This document shows, in pieces, positions 48,723 through 59,199 of a stretch of DNA of 64,000 nt. The stretch covers positions 9,133 to 73,132 of the forward strand of contig CARVLU010000003.1 of assembly GCA_949082785.1 (NCBI GenBank), written 5' to 3'. Every line of letters begins with the position of its first letter. Within the stretch, counting starts at the first letter, position 1. The notes beneath the pieces are model-generated. The model was not told the DNA's origin. It did no database searches and was given only the letters and a program-made list of their open reading frames with translations. Source of the stretch: an uncultured Alphaproteobacteria bacterium. GTDB taxonomy: Bacteria > Pseudomonadota > Alphaproteobacteria > Rs-D84. The position numbers and the translations under genes are program-made.

Positions 48723-48998
48723 ATGAAGAAATTTGTATTCTGTGCCATCATGGCATGTATCAGCGGTGCGGCGTACGGGGCATGCACAACGGCCGGCACC
48801 ACATATTACGCGTGCAAGCCGGGGTATTATCTGTCGTCCGGAAATTGTGTCCGGTGCCCGTCATCCAGCGATGGATACGGCACAACAACGGACACCAACA
48901 CCGGCGGGCGCACATCATGCTATGTCCCGTCGGGCACCACCGGCAGCGATGGGTCGGGTTCATATACATACATGGCCAATTGCCATTATGTGGAATAA
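48723..48998 (+). CDS. secreted cysteine-rich protein (C-module-type), family member
   Basis: signal peptide MKKFVFCAIMACISGAAYG; YYACKPGYYLSSGNCVRCP...SCYVP...GSYTYMANCHY shared module. Confidence 0.7.
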   Translation: MKKFVFCAIMACISGAAYGACTTAGTTYYACKPGYYLSSGNCVRCPSSSDGYGTTTDTNTGGRTSCYVPSGTTGSDGSGSYTYMANCHYVE

Positions 48999-49015
48999 CA
49001 CGGCGATCCATAAAA

Positions 49016-49600
49016 CTATTGAATATAATAGCAATCCTGGGTGAACGTGAAACTGCCCGCGGAATCTGCCCCATTGTTCCCGGCCGCCAGATAACATGAT
49101 GTAATCGCGGTGGCCCCGGGGGCGGACGTGGCATTCATATTATGGGCGGGCGAACACTGCGTACATCCCGACGTGCCGTTGGTGGTCGTGCCCCAATAAC
49201 CGGCCGCGCATCTGTATTCCCACGATGTTTTGCATGTATTGCAATCACACCGCCGCATGGCCCGCCGTTCATATCCCGCACCCCCCGCCGACCAAGTGGC
49301 GTCACTGACACAATTGCTGCACCCGGTACAGGATTTTTCACAAACGCTGTATTCATAACTGCATCCGGTTTTGCTGTCATACCCCGTTTTTTCAACCAAA
49401 GTAAAACCGGTGCGACATGTGCGACATGTGGTCACCCGTTCCCCGTTCATGCACCCCAATGTCGTTCCATCGGAACATCCAAATATAATGGGCATCTGGC
49501 CGTCATCCGTGCAATGTTCCCATGAACACACCAGTGCATGCGCGCCGCGCACCAACATCAGATTCATCCCCGCAGCAATAACCGCAGCATATAATTTCAT
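49016..49600 (-). CDS. secreted cysteine-rich protein, family member
   Basis: AAAGGAG SD; signal peptide MKLYAAVIAAGMNLMLVRGAHA; CSNCVSDATWSAGGAGYERR...YRCAAGYWGT...SGCTQCS...GSFTFTQDCYYIQ closely parallels 22498 gene. Confidence 0.8.
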   Translation of the reverse strand: MKLYAAVIAAGMNLMLVRGAHALVCSWEHCTDDGQMPIIFGCSDGTTLGCMNGERVTTCRTCRTGFTLVEKTGYDSKTGCSYEYSVCEKSCTGCSNCVSDATWSAGGAGYERRAMRRCDCNTCKTSWEYRCAAGYWGTTTNGTSGCTQCSPAHNMNATSAPGATAITSCYLAAGNNGADSAGSFTFTQDCYYIQ

Positions 49601-49604
49601 TCAA

Positions 49605-49800
49605 ACACTCCTTTTTTCTTCAACGAATGAAAAAGCCACCAAAATTCAGGTGGCAGGAGGTTCGAAACTATCTGTAAAAAATAGCAGTGTGCTTTCAATA
49701 TATAACACACTCCCCCTGCCCGCATAAAGACAGGGTCGCTTTACGTCCGCCGACGTTTACAGAAGGGTTTCGACGCCCCGACATCGGAATTCCCGATGCT
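49605..49800 (-). promoter_or_regulatory. type-1b leader RNA copy D (minus strand) with terminator GCCACCTGAATTTTGGTGGCTTTTT
   Basis: 5' CGGGAATTCCGATGTCGGGGCGTCGAAACCC resembles copies A/B; hairpin GTGTG-TTATATATTGAAAG-CACAC; AGTTTCGAACCTCCTGCCACC before terminator. Confidence 0.55.
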
Positions 49801-49840
49801 GCTGTAATTATGTCACAATTATAAAAAATTTACCACATTT

Positions 49841-51874
<2,034 letters not shown>

Positions 51875-51937
51875 TCACGCAATGGAAATATCGATATTTG
51901 ACAATCTATCCTATGAAAATCCCGCGCAATGCGGGAT

Positions 51938-52195
51938 TTATGTATCATCGGTGGTATCATCAGTCTGTACTTGGGCCATCAGGACGGAAAATTCTTCCAT
52001 GGTGGTACCGGTGGCATCTAAAACTTTTTGAATTGTGCCCATGGACAAATATCGTGGTTTGCCGTAACGTGTGGTTCGTTTGCTTTTGTTAAACGTAGTG
52101 GCATTTAACCCGCTGATTACGGCCAATCGTGAACAAGACATATTCAATTGTCGGGCCAACGCATCAATCGCATTCCATAATGCTTTGTTACTCAT
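51938..52195 (-). CDS. small Cro/CI-type HTH DNA-binding protein (tentative)
   Basis: LARQLNMSCSRLAVISGLNATTFNKSKR resembles YdaS/Cro-like HTH. Confidence 0.5.
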   Translation of the reverse strand: MSNKALWNAIDALARQLNMSCSRLAVISGLNATTFNKSKRTTRYGKPRYLSMGTIQKVLDATGTTMEEFSVLMAQVQTDDTTDDT

Positions 52196-52340
52196 TCTTC
52201 TCTCCTGTTTTTATTCTACATTCAAACACAGACAGCACATCGCATTATGATTGTATTCCCAGAAAAAATTCAAGCCATTTTAGTAAGCAAATTTTCCTAA
52301 CTGCGCCTTGGGGCGATTTTACATTCCGGGCTTTATCCAA

Positions 52341-52366
52341 AACAAAATCCCGGACATGCCGGGATT
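52341..52366 (-). terminator. rho-independent terminator of fabI
   Basis: AAAATCCCGGCATGTCCGGGATTTTG on minus strand. Confidence 0.8.
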
Positions 52367-52389
52367 TTGCGCGTTTATGGGTAAAAAGC

Positions 52390-53202
52390 TTATTTTTCTT
52401 CCAACCCTTTCAGAACGATGTCTTTTAAATCGTTGGGCATCATGCCGGTGGTCGAATAGCCACAATCGACGTGATGAACTTCGCCCGTGACCGCCGACGA
52501 CAAATTGCTGAACAAATACAGCGCCGCGCCCGACACGTCGTCCAACGTCATGTTACGACGCAACGGTGTCTGGTCCGCGTTCAGGCGCAACATCGCCTTG
52601 AACCCACCAACGCCCGACGACGCCAATGTCATAATCGGCCCCGCGCTGATGGCGTTAACGCGAATACCGTCACGGCCCAGGTCAGATGCCAGATAACGCA
52701 CACTGCTATCCAGGGCGGATTTCGCAACACCCATCACGTTGTAATTCGGTACGGATTTTTCCCCGCCGAAATATGTCAGTGTAACAATGCTGCCGCCGTC
52801 TTTCATCAATTTGGATGCGCGGCGTGTCAAATCGACCAACGAATACACAGAAATGTCCATGGTATTCTTGAAATTATCGCGCGAAGTGTCGGCATAACGG
52901 CCGGACAATTCATTTTTATCCGAAAACGCAATCGCGTGCAGCATGCCGTCCAGATGGCCCCATTCTTTTTCAATGGCGGCAAACAAAGCATCCATCTGTT
53001 CGTCGTTCTGCACATTGCATTCCTGAACGAATTTTGCACCGATGGATTCCGCCAGCGGGCGCACACGCTTTTCCAGGGCGGGCATCGCGTACGGCATTGC
53101 GATTTCGGCGCCTTCTTCGTGGGCGCGCTTTGCAATGGCCCAGGCCATAGACCAATCGTTGGCCACGCCTGTAATTAAAATCTTTTTTCCTTTTAATAAC
53201 AT
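52390..53202 (-). CDS. fabI: enoyl-[acyl-carrier-protein] reductase (NADH) FabI
   Basis: GVANDWSMAW N-terminal Rossmann motif, catalytic Y/K spacing of SDR FabI. Confidence 0.95.
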   Translation of the reverse strand: MLLKGKKILITGVANDWSMAWAIAKRAHEEGAEIAMPYAMPALEKRVRPLAESIGAKFVQECNVQNDEQMDALFAAIEKEWGHLDGMLHAIAFSDKNELSGRYADTSRDNFKNTMDISVYSLVDLTRRASKLMKDGGSIVTLTYFGGEKSVPNYNVMGVAKSALDSSVRYLASDLGRDGIRVNAISAGPIMTLASSGVGGFKAMLRLNADQTPLRRNMTLDDVSGAALYLFSNLSSAVTGEVHHVDCGYSTTGMMPNDLKDIVLKGLEEK

Positions 53203-53281
53203 ATTTTATCCTTTTAAGTGATATTGGACGTTAAAAAATATAGCACTAAAATAAAAACATCGCAATAATTAAAAAAAAGAC

Positions 53282-53308
53282 TTGAAATGGGGAAAAATCC
53301 AGTATAAT
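53282..53308 (+). promoter_or_regulatory. sigma70-type promoter TTGAAA-15/16-TATAAT for tRNA-Asn
   Basis: hexamers upstream of tRNA. Confidence 0.4.
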
Positions 53309-53321
53309 ATATGCGAGCAAT

Positions 53322-53397
53322 TCGGGCATAGTTCAGTCGGTAGAACAACGGACTGTTAATCCGTATGTCGCTGGTTCGAGTCCAGCTGCCCGAGCCA
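53322..53397 (+). tRNA. tRNA-Asn (anticodon GTT)
   Basis: acceptor TCGGGCA/TGCCCGA, anticodon loop CTGTTAA, T-loop TTCGAGT, encoded CCA. Confidence 0.9.
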
Positions 53398-53430
53398 AGA
53401 TTTACAAACCGCCCCACGGCGGTTTTTGTT
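53391..53430. repeat. direct repeat DR-L (tRNA-Asn 3' end + terminator) matching 55041-55086
   Basis: CGAGCCAAGATTTACAAACCG identical in both copies, then CCCCACGGCGGTTTTT. Confidence 0.8.
53405..53428 (+). terminator. rho-independent terminator after tRNA-Asn
   Basis: AACCGCCCCACGGCGGTTTTT. Confidence 0.85.
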
Positions 53431-53581
53431 ATGGTGCGGCTGGCCCACACCCGGTTCGATAATTTCTGAATTAAAATCGCGATTTTTTGGCCATTATCGA
53501 ACAATCCAAATAAAAAAAGGTTGGATTACAAACCCTTTCCACGCGTTTGAGTTCAACTCAAATTTTTCCATTACTTATTGT

Positions 53582-53989
53582 CTATGGAAGCTTTTTTAAT
53601 ATATCCACCAACATAATAAGCCATCGTTGTAATCTTTGTTTACACGATTTTTTATCTTGTGTTAAATACGGATTGATTTGGCTTGATGAAAAGTTCCACG
53701 AGTCTTGAAATGATGGCTGATGGTTAAAAACATATGGATAAAAAGATGTTTCGTAAAATGAATTTTCTGTTATAAGAAATTCATTTAAATATGTCGTTCG
53801 ATAGGCAGTATCAACAATTTCTAATGCAGAATTAGCATATTTCTTCCAAGACTCCAAAAGTTCTGTATCAAGAAAATCACTGGACATCAAATTAATGCCT
53901 TCACATAAAACATCAAACAATCCACTTTTAGCAGCCTGTTTCATGTCCCCAAAATCAAACATAGGTTTTATCGCCATTAATCTCTCCAT
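53582..53989 (-). CDS. islet hypothetical protein (soluble, 135 aa)
   Basis: AT-rich ORF, last gene of 3-gene minus-strand operon; start overlaps upstream stop. Confidence 0.5.
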   Translation of the reverse strand: MERLMAIKPMFDFGDMKQAAKSGLFDVLCEGINLMSSDFLDTELLESWKKYANSALEIVDTAYRTTYLNEFLITENSFYETSFYPYVFNHQPSFQDSWNFSSSQINPYLTQDKKSCKQRLQRWLIMLVDILKKLP

Positions 53990-54414
53990 TATACCTTTTG
54001 GCTCATTTGTGCCCGTTTTTCTTTAAGAATTTTTTCGTAATTTTGCTTTGAGTCAGATAGTTTATCGTTCGCAAACTCTATCCCTCCAAGTTTACAATTG
54101 ACTGTTTTTACAAATGGCTTGAAAATCATAATTAACCAAACAATAAAAATTAATGAATGACCATTAAATGGTATAAAAGTCATTGCCTCGGACCAATGCA
54201 TATAAAGATATATACTCCCTGTCACGAACCAAAATGTATGCCAAATACTGCGTCTGCTATTAACATATGGTAATATGAATATACAAACTGTAAAAAACAA
54301 TCTGCACAACCATCGCAAAAAACATAATGCGCCAATCTTGATTTTTTGAGAAAAATTTTTTATTCCATCTAGCATATCTGATTCATTGTAGAACAAAATT
54401 AATATAAAATGCAA
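53989..54414 (-). CDS. islet hypothetical polytopic membrane protein (141 aa)
   Basis: 3-4 hydrophobic helices, AT-rich. Confidence 0.5.
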   Translation of the reverse strand: MHFILILFYNESDMLDGIKNFSQKIKIGALCFLRWLCRLFFTVCIFILPYVNSRRSIWHTFWFVTGSIYLYMHWSEAMTFIPFNGHSLIFIVWLIMIFKPFVKTVNCKLGGIEFANDKLSDSKQNYEKILKEKRAQMSQKV

Positions 54415-54473
54415 GTTGGCAATTTTCTCGACAAACTTTACAGTTATTGAATATAATTGTCGTATTTATGTCC

Positions 54474-54905
54474 TTATATTAAGGCATTTTCCTCATTATG
54501 AACTGTTTTTTGTTCTTGCAATTTTCTAAATTCAAGTTCGCTTTTTGGAAATTTTATGGAATGTCTTTTTTGTTCGTATTCATTAATCGCCTCTGCAATA
54601 GCATCTATATATTCTTCTGCATTCTTCTTATAGTGTTTTATTAACTGGCAATTTTTAAACACCTGTCTTAATTCATTATCCTTATATATCGTCGTATCAA
54701 TATCACTTTCAATACGTCTTACTATGCTCCACCAACTTTTAAACATACTTACAGGATGTGGATGAAGTGCTGCATCAATCAATACAGAAAACAAGTTATC
54801 TCGTTCCTTTCTCTCTCGTTCAGCCTTGTCATTTCCGATACTATAACCTATCAAGCCACCAATAATTAAAGCAACAAAGATACTACCAGTAAGAATTCCT
54901 TCCAT
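54474..54905 (-). CDS. islet hypothetical protein with N-terminal TM and charged coiled region (143 aa)
   Basis: GSIFVALIIGGLIGYSIG TM then ERERKERD; AT-rich. Confidence 0.5.
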   Translation of the reverse strand: MEGILTGSIFVALIIGGLIGYSIGNDKAERERKERDNLFSVLIDAALHPHPVSMFKSWWSIVRRIESDIDTTIYKDNELRQVFKNCQLIKHYKKNAEEYIDAIAEAINEYEQKRHSIKFPKSELEFRKLQEQKTVHNEENALI

Positions 54906-55040
54906 TTTTCATCCTTTTCTGACATTGTAATTCGCTCCTATATGGAATTCAAGCACACAATTGCTTCTTTAACAAACTGATTTGTCTTGCACATTCAAGA
55001 AATTCATTTGGATTTTTTGCTCGATAACTGCAAGCTGAGC

Positions 55041-55086
55041 CGAGCCAAGATTTACAAACCGTCCCCCCACGGCGGTTTTTTTGTTG
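55041..55086. repeat. direct repeat DR-R (copy of tRNA-Asn 3' end + terminator hairpin)
   Basis: GAGCCGAGCCAAGATTTACAAACCGTCCCCCCACGGCGGTTTTTTT. Confidence 0.8.
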
Positions 55087-55219
55087 TGCCCATTCGGCGT
55101 GCCGACTGCACAGTTTGGCAACATCCGCGAATATTTCCCGGGCGCGGCGACGACTGACCGCTTCAATAATTATACGTCATATGCTATAATCCGTTACAGT
55201 TAACCAAAGGAGAATCAGG

Positions 55220-55567
55220 ATGTACAAATTATTCGTGGCCTTGGCAATGTTGGCGACGCTGTCCGCATGCAAGCAGCAGGAAACCAAAACACTGCATCTG
55301 GTGTGCAAAACAACCCCATCAGAAACAGCCCCCAGCGTTCGCCCCCAATACGACGTAACAGTTAATCTGTTGGCCGATGGTGCCACATTAACCATCGATG
55401 GCCAAACATACGATTTAATCCAAGAATATGATGCGCCGGTTTCATTTTACCGACACGACCCATGGTATAATTTCCAAATCGGCAATCGAAAGTATGGGAA
55501 ATACGCCCTGGGGATTCCCACGAACGAAAACTTTGCGCGATATATCACATGCGAAGAAGTCAAATAA
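55220..55567 (+). CDS. hypothetical lipoprotein
   Basis: AGGAGAA SD; lipobox LSAC. Confidence 0.6.
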   Translation: MYKLFVALAMLATLSACKQQETKTLHLVCKTTPSETAPSVRPQYDVTVNLLADGATLTIDGQTYDLIQEYDAPVSFYRHDPWYNFQIGNRKYGKYALGIPTNENFARYITCEEVK

Positions 55568-55570
55568 TTT

Positions 55571-55604
55571 AAAACCGGCCGCGCCTAATGGCGGCCGGTT
55601 TTTG
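55571..55604. terminator. bidirectional rho-independent terminator
   Basis: AAAACCGGCCGCGCCTAATGGCGGCCGGTTTTT. Confidence 0.85.
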
Positions 55605-55616
55605 TATTGCGGTTTA

Positions 55617-56255
55617 TTACAAACCAAATCTGTACGCCAGCCCCAGGTATAATTGCGTGGCATCAACCTTGGACACGCCGCGGGCATGTTCCACACGACC
55701 AAAATTGATGTATTTAAACCCAACATCCAAATCAATACGCGAATTCAGGTGAAACAACACACCGACCATCACCTGGTACGACAAATCAAAGGCATTATCC
55801 AAATCCCCGTCAATTTCGCCCCAAATCCCGGTTAAACCCAATCCGGCCGCCGCATACGGCGCCACCGCATTGTCAAAATCCCATAACAGATAGGCATTCA
55901 GCATATTCGCCCAAATATCATATTCAAAATTGGTATCGTATTTGGTGTACTGGGCCCCCATGTACATTGTTTCGTATTCCACCCGCAGAAAATTGGTTAA
56001 ATTATTGCCAACCGTGGTACCGAAACCGAAATTATCTTTCTTGTACTTTTCCTTGTGCCCATTGGACAGGTTATATGAATACGCGGCATGTTCGTTTTTA
56101 TAGACACGCACGCCGGTGTAATTGTCGCGCGTGGGCGACCCGCAATCACAGACCGGGCATTCTGGATACACAGTCACATCATAATCGATATATTCATTCG
56201 CCATGGCCCCCGTGGCGGTCATGCACATTAAAAACAAAGCCAGAAATTTTTTCAT
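55617..56255 (-). CDS. outer membrane beta-barrel protein (OmpA-like/OMP_b-brl family)
   Basis: signal peptide MKKFLALFLMCMTATGAMA, alternating amphipathic strands, C-terminal LGLAYRFGL. Confidence 0.65.
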   Translation of the reverse strand: MKKFLALFLMCMTATGAMANEYIDYDVTVYPECPVCDCGSPTRDNYTGVRVYKNEHAAYSYNLSNGHKEKYKKDNFGFGTTVGNNLTNFLRVEYETMYMGAQYTKYDTNFEYDIWANMLNAYLLWDFDNAVAPYAAAGLGLTGIWGEIDGDLDNAFDLSYQVMVGVLFHLNSRIDLDVGFKYINFGRVEHARGVSKVDATQLYLGLAYRFGL

Positions 56256-56336
56256 CTGTTCCCTCAATCATTATCATTTAACGATAATATATGAATGAAT
56301 TCAAGTTAAAAAGTATTTGCAAATTTCAGGGGGATT

Positions 56337-57596
56337 TTATTTACAATGTATTTCGATGATGTCGTTGATGTCGGTTGTGTAATTCGGGGACAACATGTTG
56401 TGCATCGGGCGCCATGTCTGGTTGCCAATTTCCGCGGTTAAACGGACTGTGTTTTTGCCAAAACGGGTATTGATTGCATCTATCGCCGCCATCAGATTAT
56501 CCGACGCGGCCGTGTCATGGGCGCCGAACAAATCCATCGGGCGATTGCGGGCGGGCGTGATGTCGTTGACGATGACCCCGGCCTTTTTATACTGAAAGCC
56601 GGTTCGATATATCTGCCCCAGTGCATCCAGTGCCACCGACACAATTACGCGCGTATCGTTTGTGACAAACGGCATCGGCAAAACGCGTGTCAAAACGCAT
56701 TGCGGCAAATCGGGCCGAAAACGATTTGTGGTCAAAAATGTCATCACTGACCCCGCGACCAATTGTCCCGCGCGCAATTTGGCCCCACACCGCGCGGCAA
56801 ACGTTGCGACCGCCGATTCCAAATCCGCCAGTTCCGTCTGCATCACGGCAAAGCTGCGTGATGTGCAAATCTGCTGCTTGTCCGCGGGGTGCATTTCCAA
56901 TTGGATACAGGCCGTGCCATTTAATTCGCACCATGTGCGCAGACCGGTTACCGTCATTAATTTTTGGACCCGGGCCCGGGGCAAGCGTGCAAAATCCGCC
57001 GCGGTGAACACCCCCATTGTGTTTAAGCGCGCCCCGTGGCGCCGCCCAATTCCCCACACATCGTCCACCGGGGTCAGTTCCAGCGCACGCCGACGCTTTT
57101 CATCGTTGTCAATGACACAGACGCGTTTATATCCGGGATATTTTTTGGCGGCGTGGTTGGCCACCTTGGCCAATGTTTTTGTGGGACCAATTCCGACCGA
57201 CACCGGCACGCCGGTCGATTGCGTGACATACCGCGCGATGTTTGCCCCCAATTCGGCGTAATTCGCATTATCGGGGATTTTAAAAAAGGCTTCGTCAATC
57301 GAATAGATTTCAACATCCGGCACAATTTCCGCCAGCAATCGCATCACCCGCGCCGACATATCCCCATACAGCGTGTAATTCGATGACCGTGCCACAACCG
57401 TGCCTGCATCGATTAATTTCCGCAATTGGAACGCGGGCGTGCCCATTTTTATCCCCATGGCACGCGCGGCGGGCGACCGGGCGATAACGCACCCGTCATT
57501 ATTGGACAACACGACCACCGCCCGCCCCCACAGCGCCGGGTCAAAGACGCATTCGCAACTGGCATAAAAATTATTACAATCCAACAATCCGAACAT
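56337..57596 (-). CDS. umuC: translesion error-prone DNA polymerase V subunit UmuC (Y-family)
   Basis: MFGLLDCNNFYASCE N-terminus, Y-family catalytic D/E residues. Confidence 0.9.
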   Translation of the reverse strand: MFGLLDCNNFYASCECVFDPALWGRAVVVLSNNDGCVIARSPAARAMGIKMGTPAFQLRKLIDAGTVVARSSNYTLYGDMSARVMRLLAEIVPDVEIYSIDEAFFKIPDNANYAELGANIARYVTQSTGVPVSVGIGPTKTLAKVANHAAKKYPGYKRVCVIDNDEKRRRALELTPVDDVWGIGRRHGARLNTMGVFTAADFARLPRARVQKLMTVTGLRTWCELNGTACIQLEMHPADKQQICTSRSFAVMQTELADLESAVATFAARCGAKLRAGQLVAGSVMTFLTTNRFRPDLPQCVLTRVLPMPFVTNDTRVIVSVALDALGQIYRTGFQYKKAGVIVNDITPARNRPMDLFGAHDTAASDNLMAAIDAINTRFGKNTVRLTAEIGNQTWRPMHNMLSPNYTTDINDIIEIHCK

Positions 57597-57601
57597 CACG
57601 T

Positions 57602-58063
57602 TTATCCCTGGGTATGACGGCGGATGGAATATGTCACCACGCCCCAAATGACAAAATCATTATCGGGGGTAACGCGGATTGGGGTGAATTCTTTGTTTGC
57701 CGGAATCAACAGGATGGTTTTTTTCTGAATCTTGATATATTTAACCGTAAATTCCCCATTGACAAAGCACACGGCAATCTGGCCCGTTTTCGGGTTCAGC
57801 GATTTGTCCACCACGACCAAGTCCCCATCATAAATCCCCGCATCAATCATGCTGTCGCCACGGATGCGCCCCAAAAAAGTTGACGCGGGATGCGCGATTA
57901 ATTCACGGTTTAAATCGATTGGCGCCGCGATATAGTCATCGGCGGGGCTGGGGAAACCGGCCTGGATTGATGTATCCGGGAATGGAATTTCGATACTGGT
58001 TTTTAAACTGACCGGATATATGGTGACGTCACCGGTTGTTTTTTTCTGTGCGCGTTTTACCAT
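57602..58063 (-). CDS. umuD: DNA polymerase V autoproteolytic subunit UmuD (S24 peptidase)
   Basis: AGFPSPADDY ... GDSM ... GDLVVVD ... K; LexA-like self-cleaving domain. Confidence 0.85.
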   Translation of the reverse strand: MVKRAQKKTTGDVTIYPVSLKTSIEIPFPDTSIQAGFPSPADDYIAAPIDLNRELIAHPASTFLGRIRGDSMIDAGIYDGDLVVVDKSLNPKTGQIAVCFVNGEFTVKYIKIQKKTILLIPANKEFTPIRVTPDNDFVIWGVVTYSIRRHTQG

Positions 58064-58161
58064 TGATGCCCCCCTGTTGCCAAACCAGTCTAGGCCATCT
58101 GGGCATCCGCATGATACAGGTATGTAACCCTGGGGAAAGATTCGCGGGCGGACGCCCCCTT

Positions 58162-59187
58162 TTATTCTTTCACGCGTTGCAGGGCGCCAATAATCTGCCC
58201 CAACAGACGTGCCTTTTTCGTGCCGACGGGGGCGCGACCCTGAACCTGTTTCGCGGCCAGGTTAAATGATACACGCTTGTTATTTTTTAACTTTGTAATG
58301 CGGGGTTCGCTGTACCCGGTTTTGCGCGATGTGGCGGCAACGCGCCCCCGGGACCCGTTCAATGCGGTTTGGACCGCGTCAATTTCCCCCTGGGACATTT
58401 CGGGTTTACGAACGGGGCGCACGGGGACAATATGAAATTTTCGATTCCAGATATACAGTTGATCGCACGTCAGTTCATATTTGGGCGCAATTGTCATAAA
58501 TGCAACGCGTGCGGTGCGGCTGTGCGCTGGCAATTCGTCATAGACCCCACGCGCGTCACGCAAAATTTCCCGTTGCTGGGCCGGGGTGAACGCGGTGTAT
58601 TGGGGCGCCGTGCGACCTTCATAAATTTGATACTGTTTATTCCATCGGCCAATGGTGTATTGTGGCACATTGAAATGCCGGGATGCGTCCGCCACGCCGT
58701 GGTCACGGGCATGCATCAAAATGGCGACAATGTCATCGTGACCGTATTCGCGCAACGGGGAATAAACATGATACTTTTTATTCCAACGGATAATCGTACT
58801 GGGGTTCACACCAAACTGGTTGGCGGCCGCCATCGGCCCAAAATCGCGCGCATATTCCAGTATTGCCATCTTTTGCGCGGATGTGAACGACGGCACCTTT
58901 GGGGCATAGACATGCGCATCTTGGTTCCACAGTTTAATGATGGCCGCCGACACACCAAATTTTTTCGTTGTTGCCCGAACGCCATTATCCCGGACAAAGG
59001 CCAAAATTTTCGCGCGTTGCCCCGGGGTGTATTCCGCCGTCTGGGGCGTGTATATTTTCAGGCGCCGGTTCCACAATCCCAACGCGTTGCGTGACACGCC
59101 AAAGTGACGCGATGCCGCCACCACCCCATGGTCGCGGGCATAGGTCAGAATTTCAATTTTTTTATCTTCTTTGAACGGGGCCGTCAT
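58162..59187 (-). CDS. protein composed of five tandem transposase-N-terminal-type HTH repeats (HTH_Tnp_1/HTH_28-like)
   Basis: repeats KKIEILTYARDHGVVAASRHFGVSRNALGLWNRRLKIY / RAKILAFVRDNGVRATTKKFGVSAAIIKLWNQDAHVY / KMAILEYARDFGPMAAANQFGVNPSTIIRWNKKYHVY / IVAILMHARDHGVADASRHFNVPQYTIGRWNKQYQIY / ... Confidence 0.6.
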   Translation of the reverse strand: MTAPFKEDKKIEILTYARDHGVVAASRHFGVSRNALGLWNRRLKIYTPQTAEYTPGQRAKILAFVRDNGVRATTKKFGVSAAIIKLWNQDAHVYAPKVPSFTSAQKMAILEYARDFGPMAAANQFGVNPSTIIRWNKKYHVYSPLREYGHDDIVAILMHARDHGVADASRHFNVPQYTIGRWNKQYQIYEGRTAPQYTAFTPAQQREILRDARGVYDELPAHSRTARVAFMTIAPKYELTCDQLYIWNRKFHIVPVRPVRKPEMSQGEIDAVQTALNGSRGRVAATSRKTGYSEPRITKLKNNKRVSFNLAAKQVQGRAPVGTKKARLLGQIIGALQRVKE

Positions 59188-59199
59188 ATGCCAATCCTT

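Larger units (their letters stand above)
53398..55086. mobile_element. AT-rich ~1.7-kb islet inserted at tRNA-Asn 3' end, bounded by 40-45 bp direct repeats; three small ORFs, no integrase
   Basis: sharp GC drop versus flanks; att-like duplication of tRNA 3' end. Confidence 0.55.

Noticed and set aside
48225-48998. 257-aa ORF spanning both tandem cysteine-rich genes
   Set aside because: The upstream 165 codons are R/H-rich nonsense read through leader C and out of frame with the well-formed 48373-48708 gene. Only its last 91 codons (48723-48998) are kept as a gene.
58064-58161. SOS (LexA) box upstream of umuD
   Set aside because: I searched for GAAC-N7-GAAC/GTTC-N7-GTTC and CTGT-N8-ACAG and found no convincing match.
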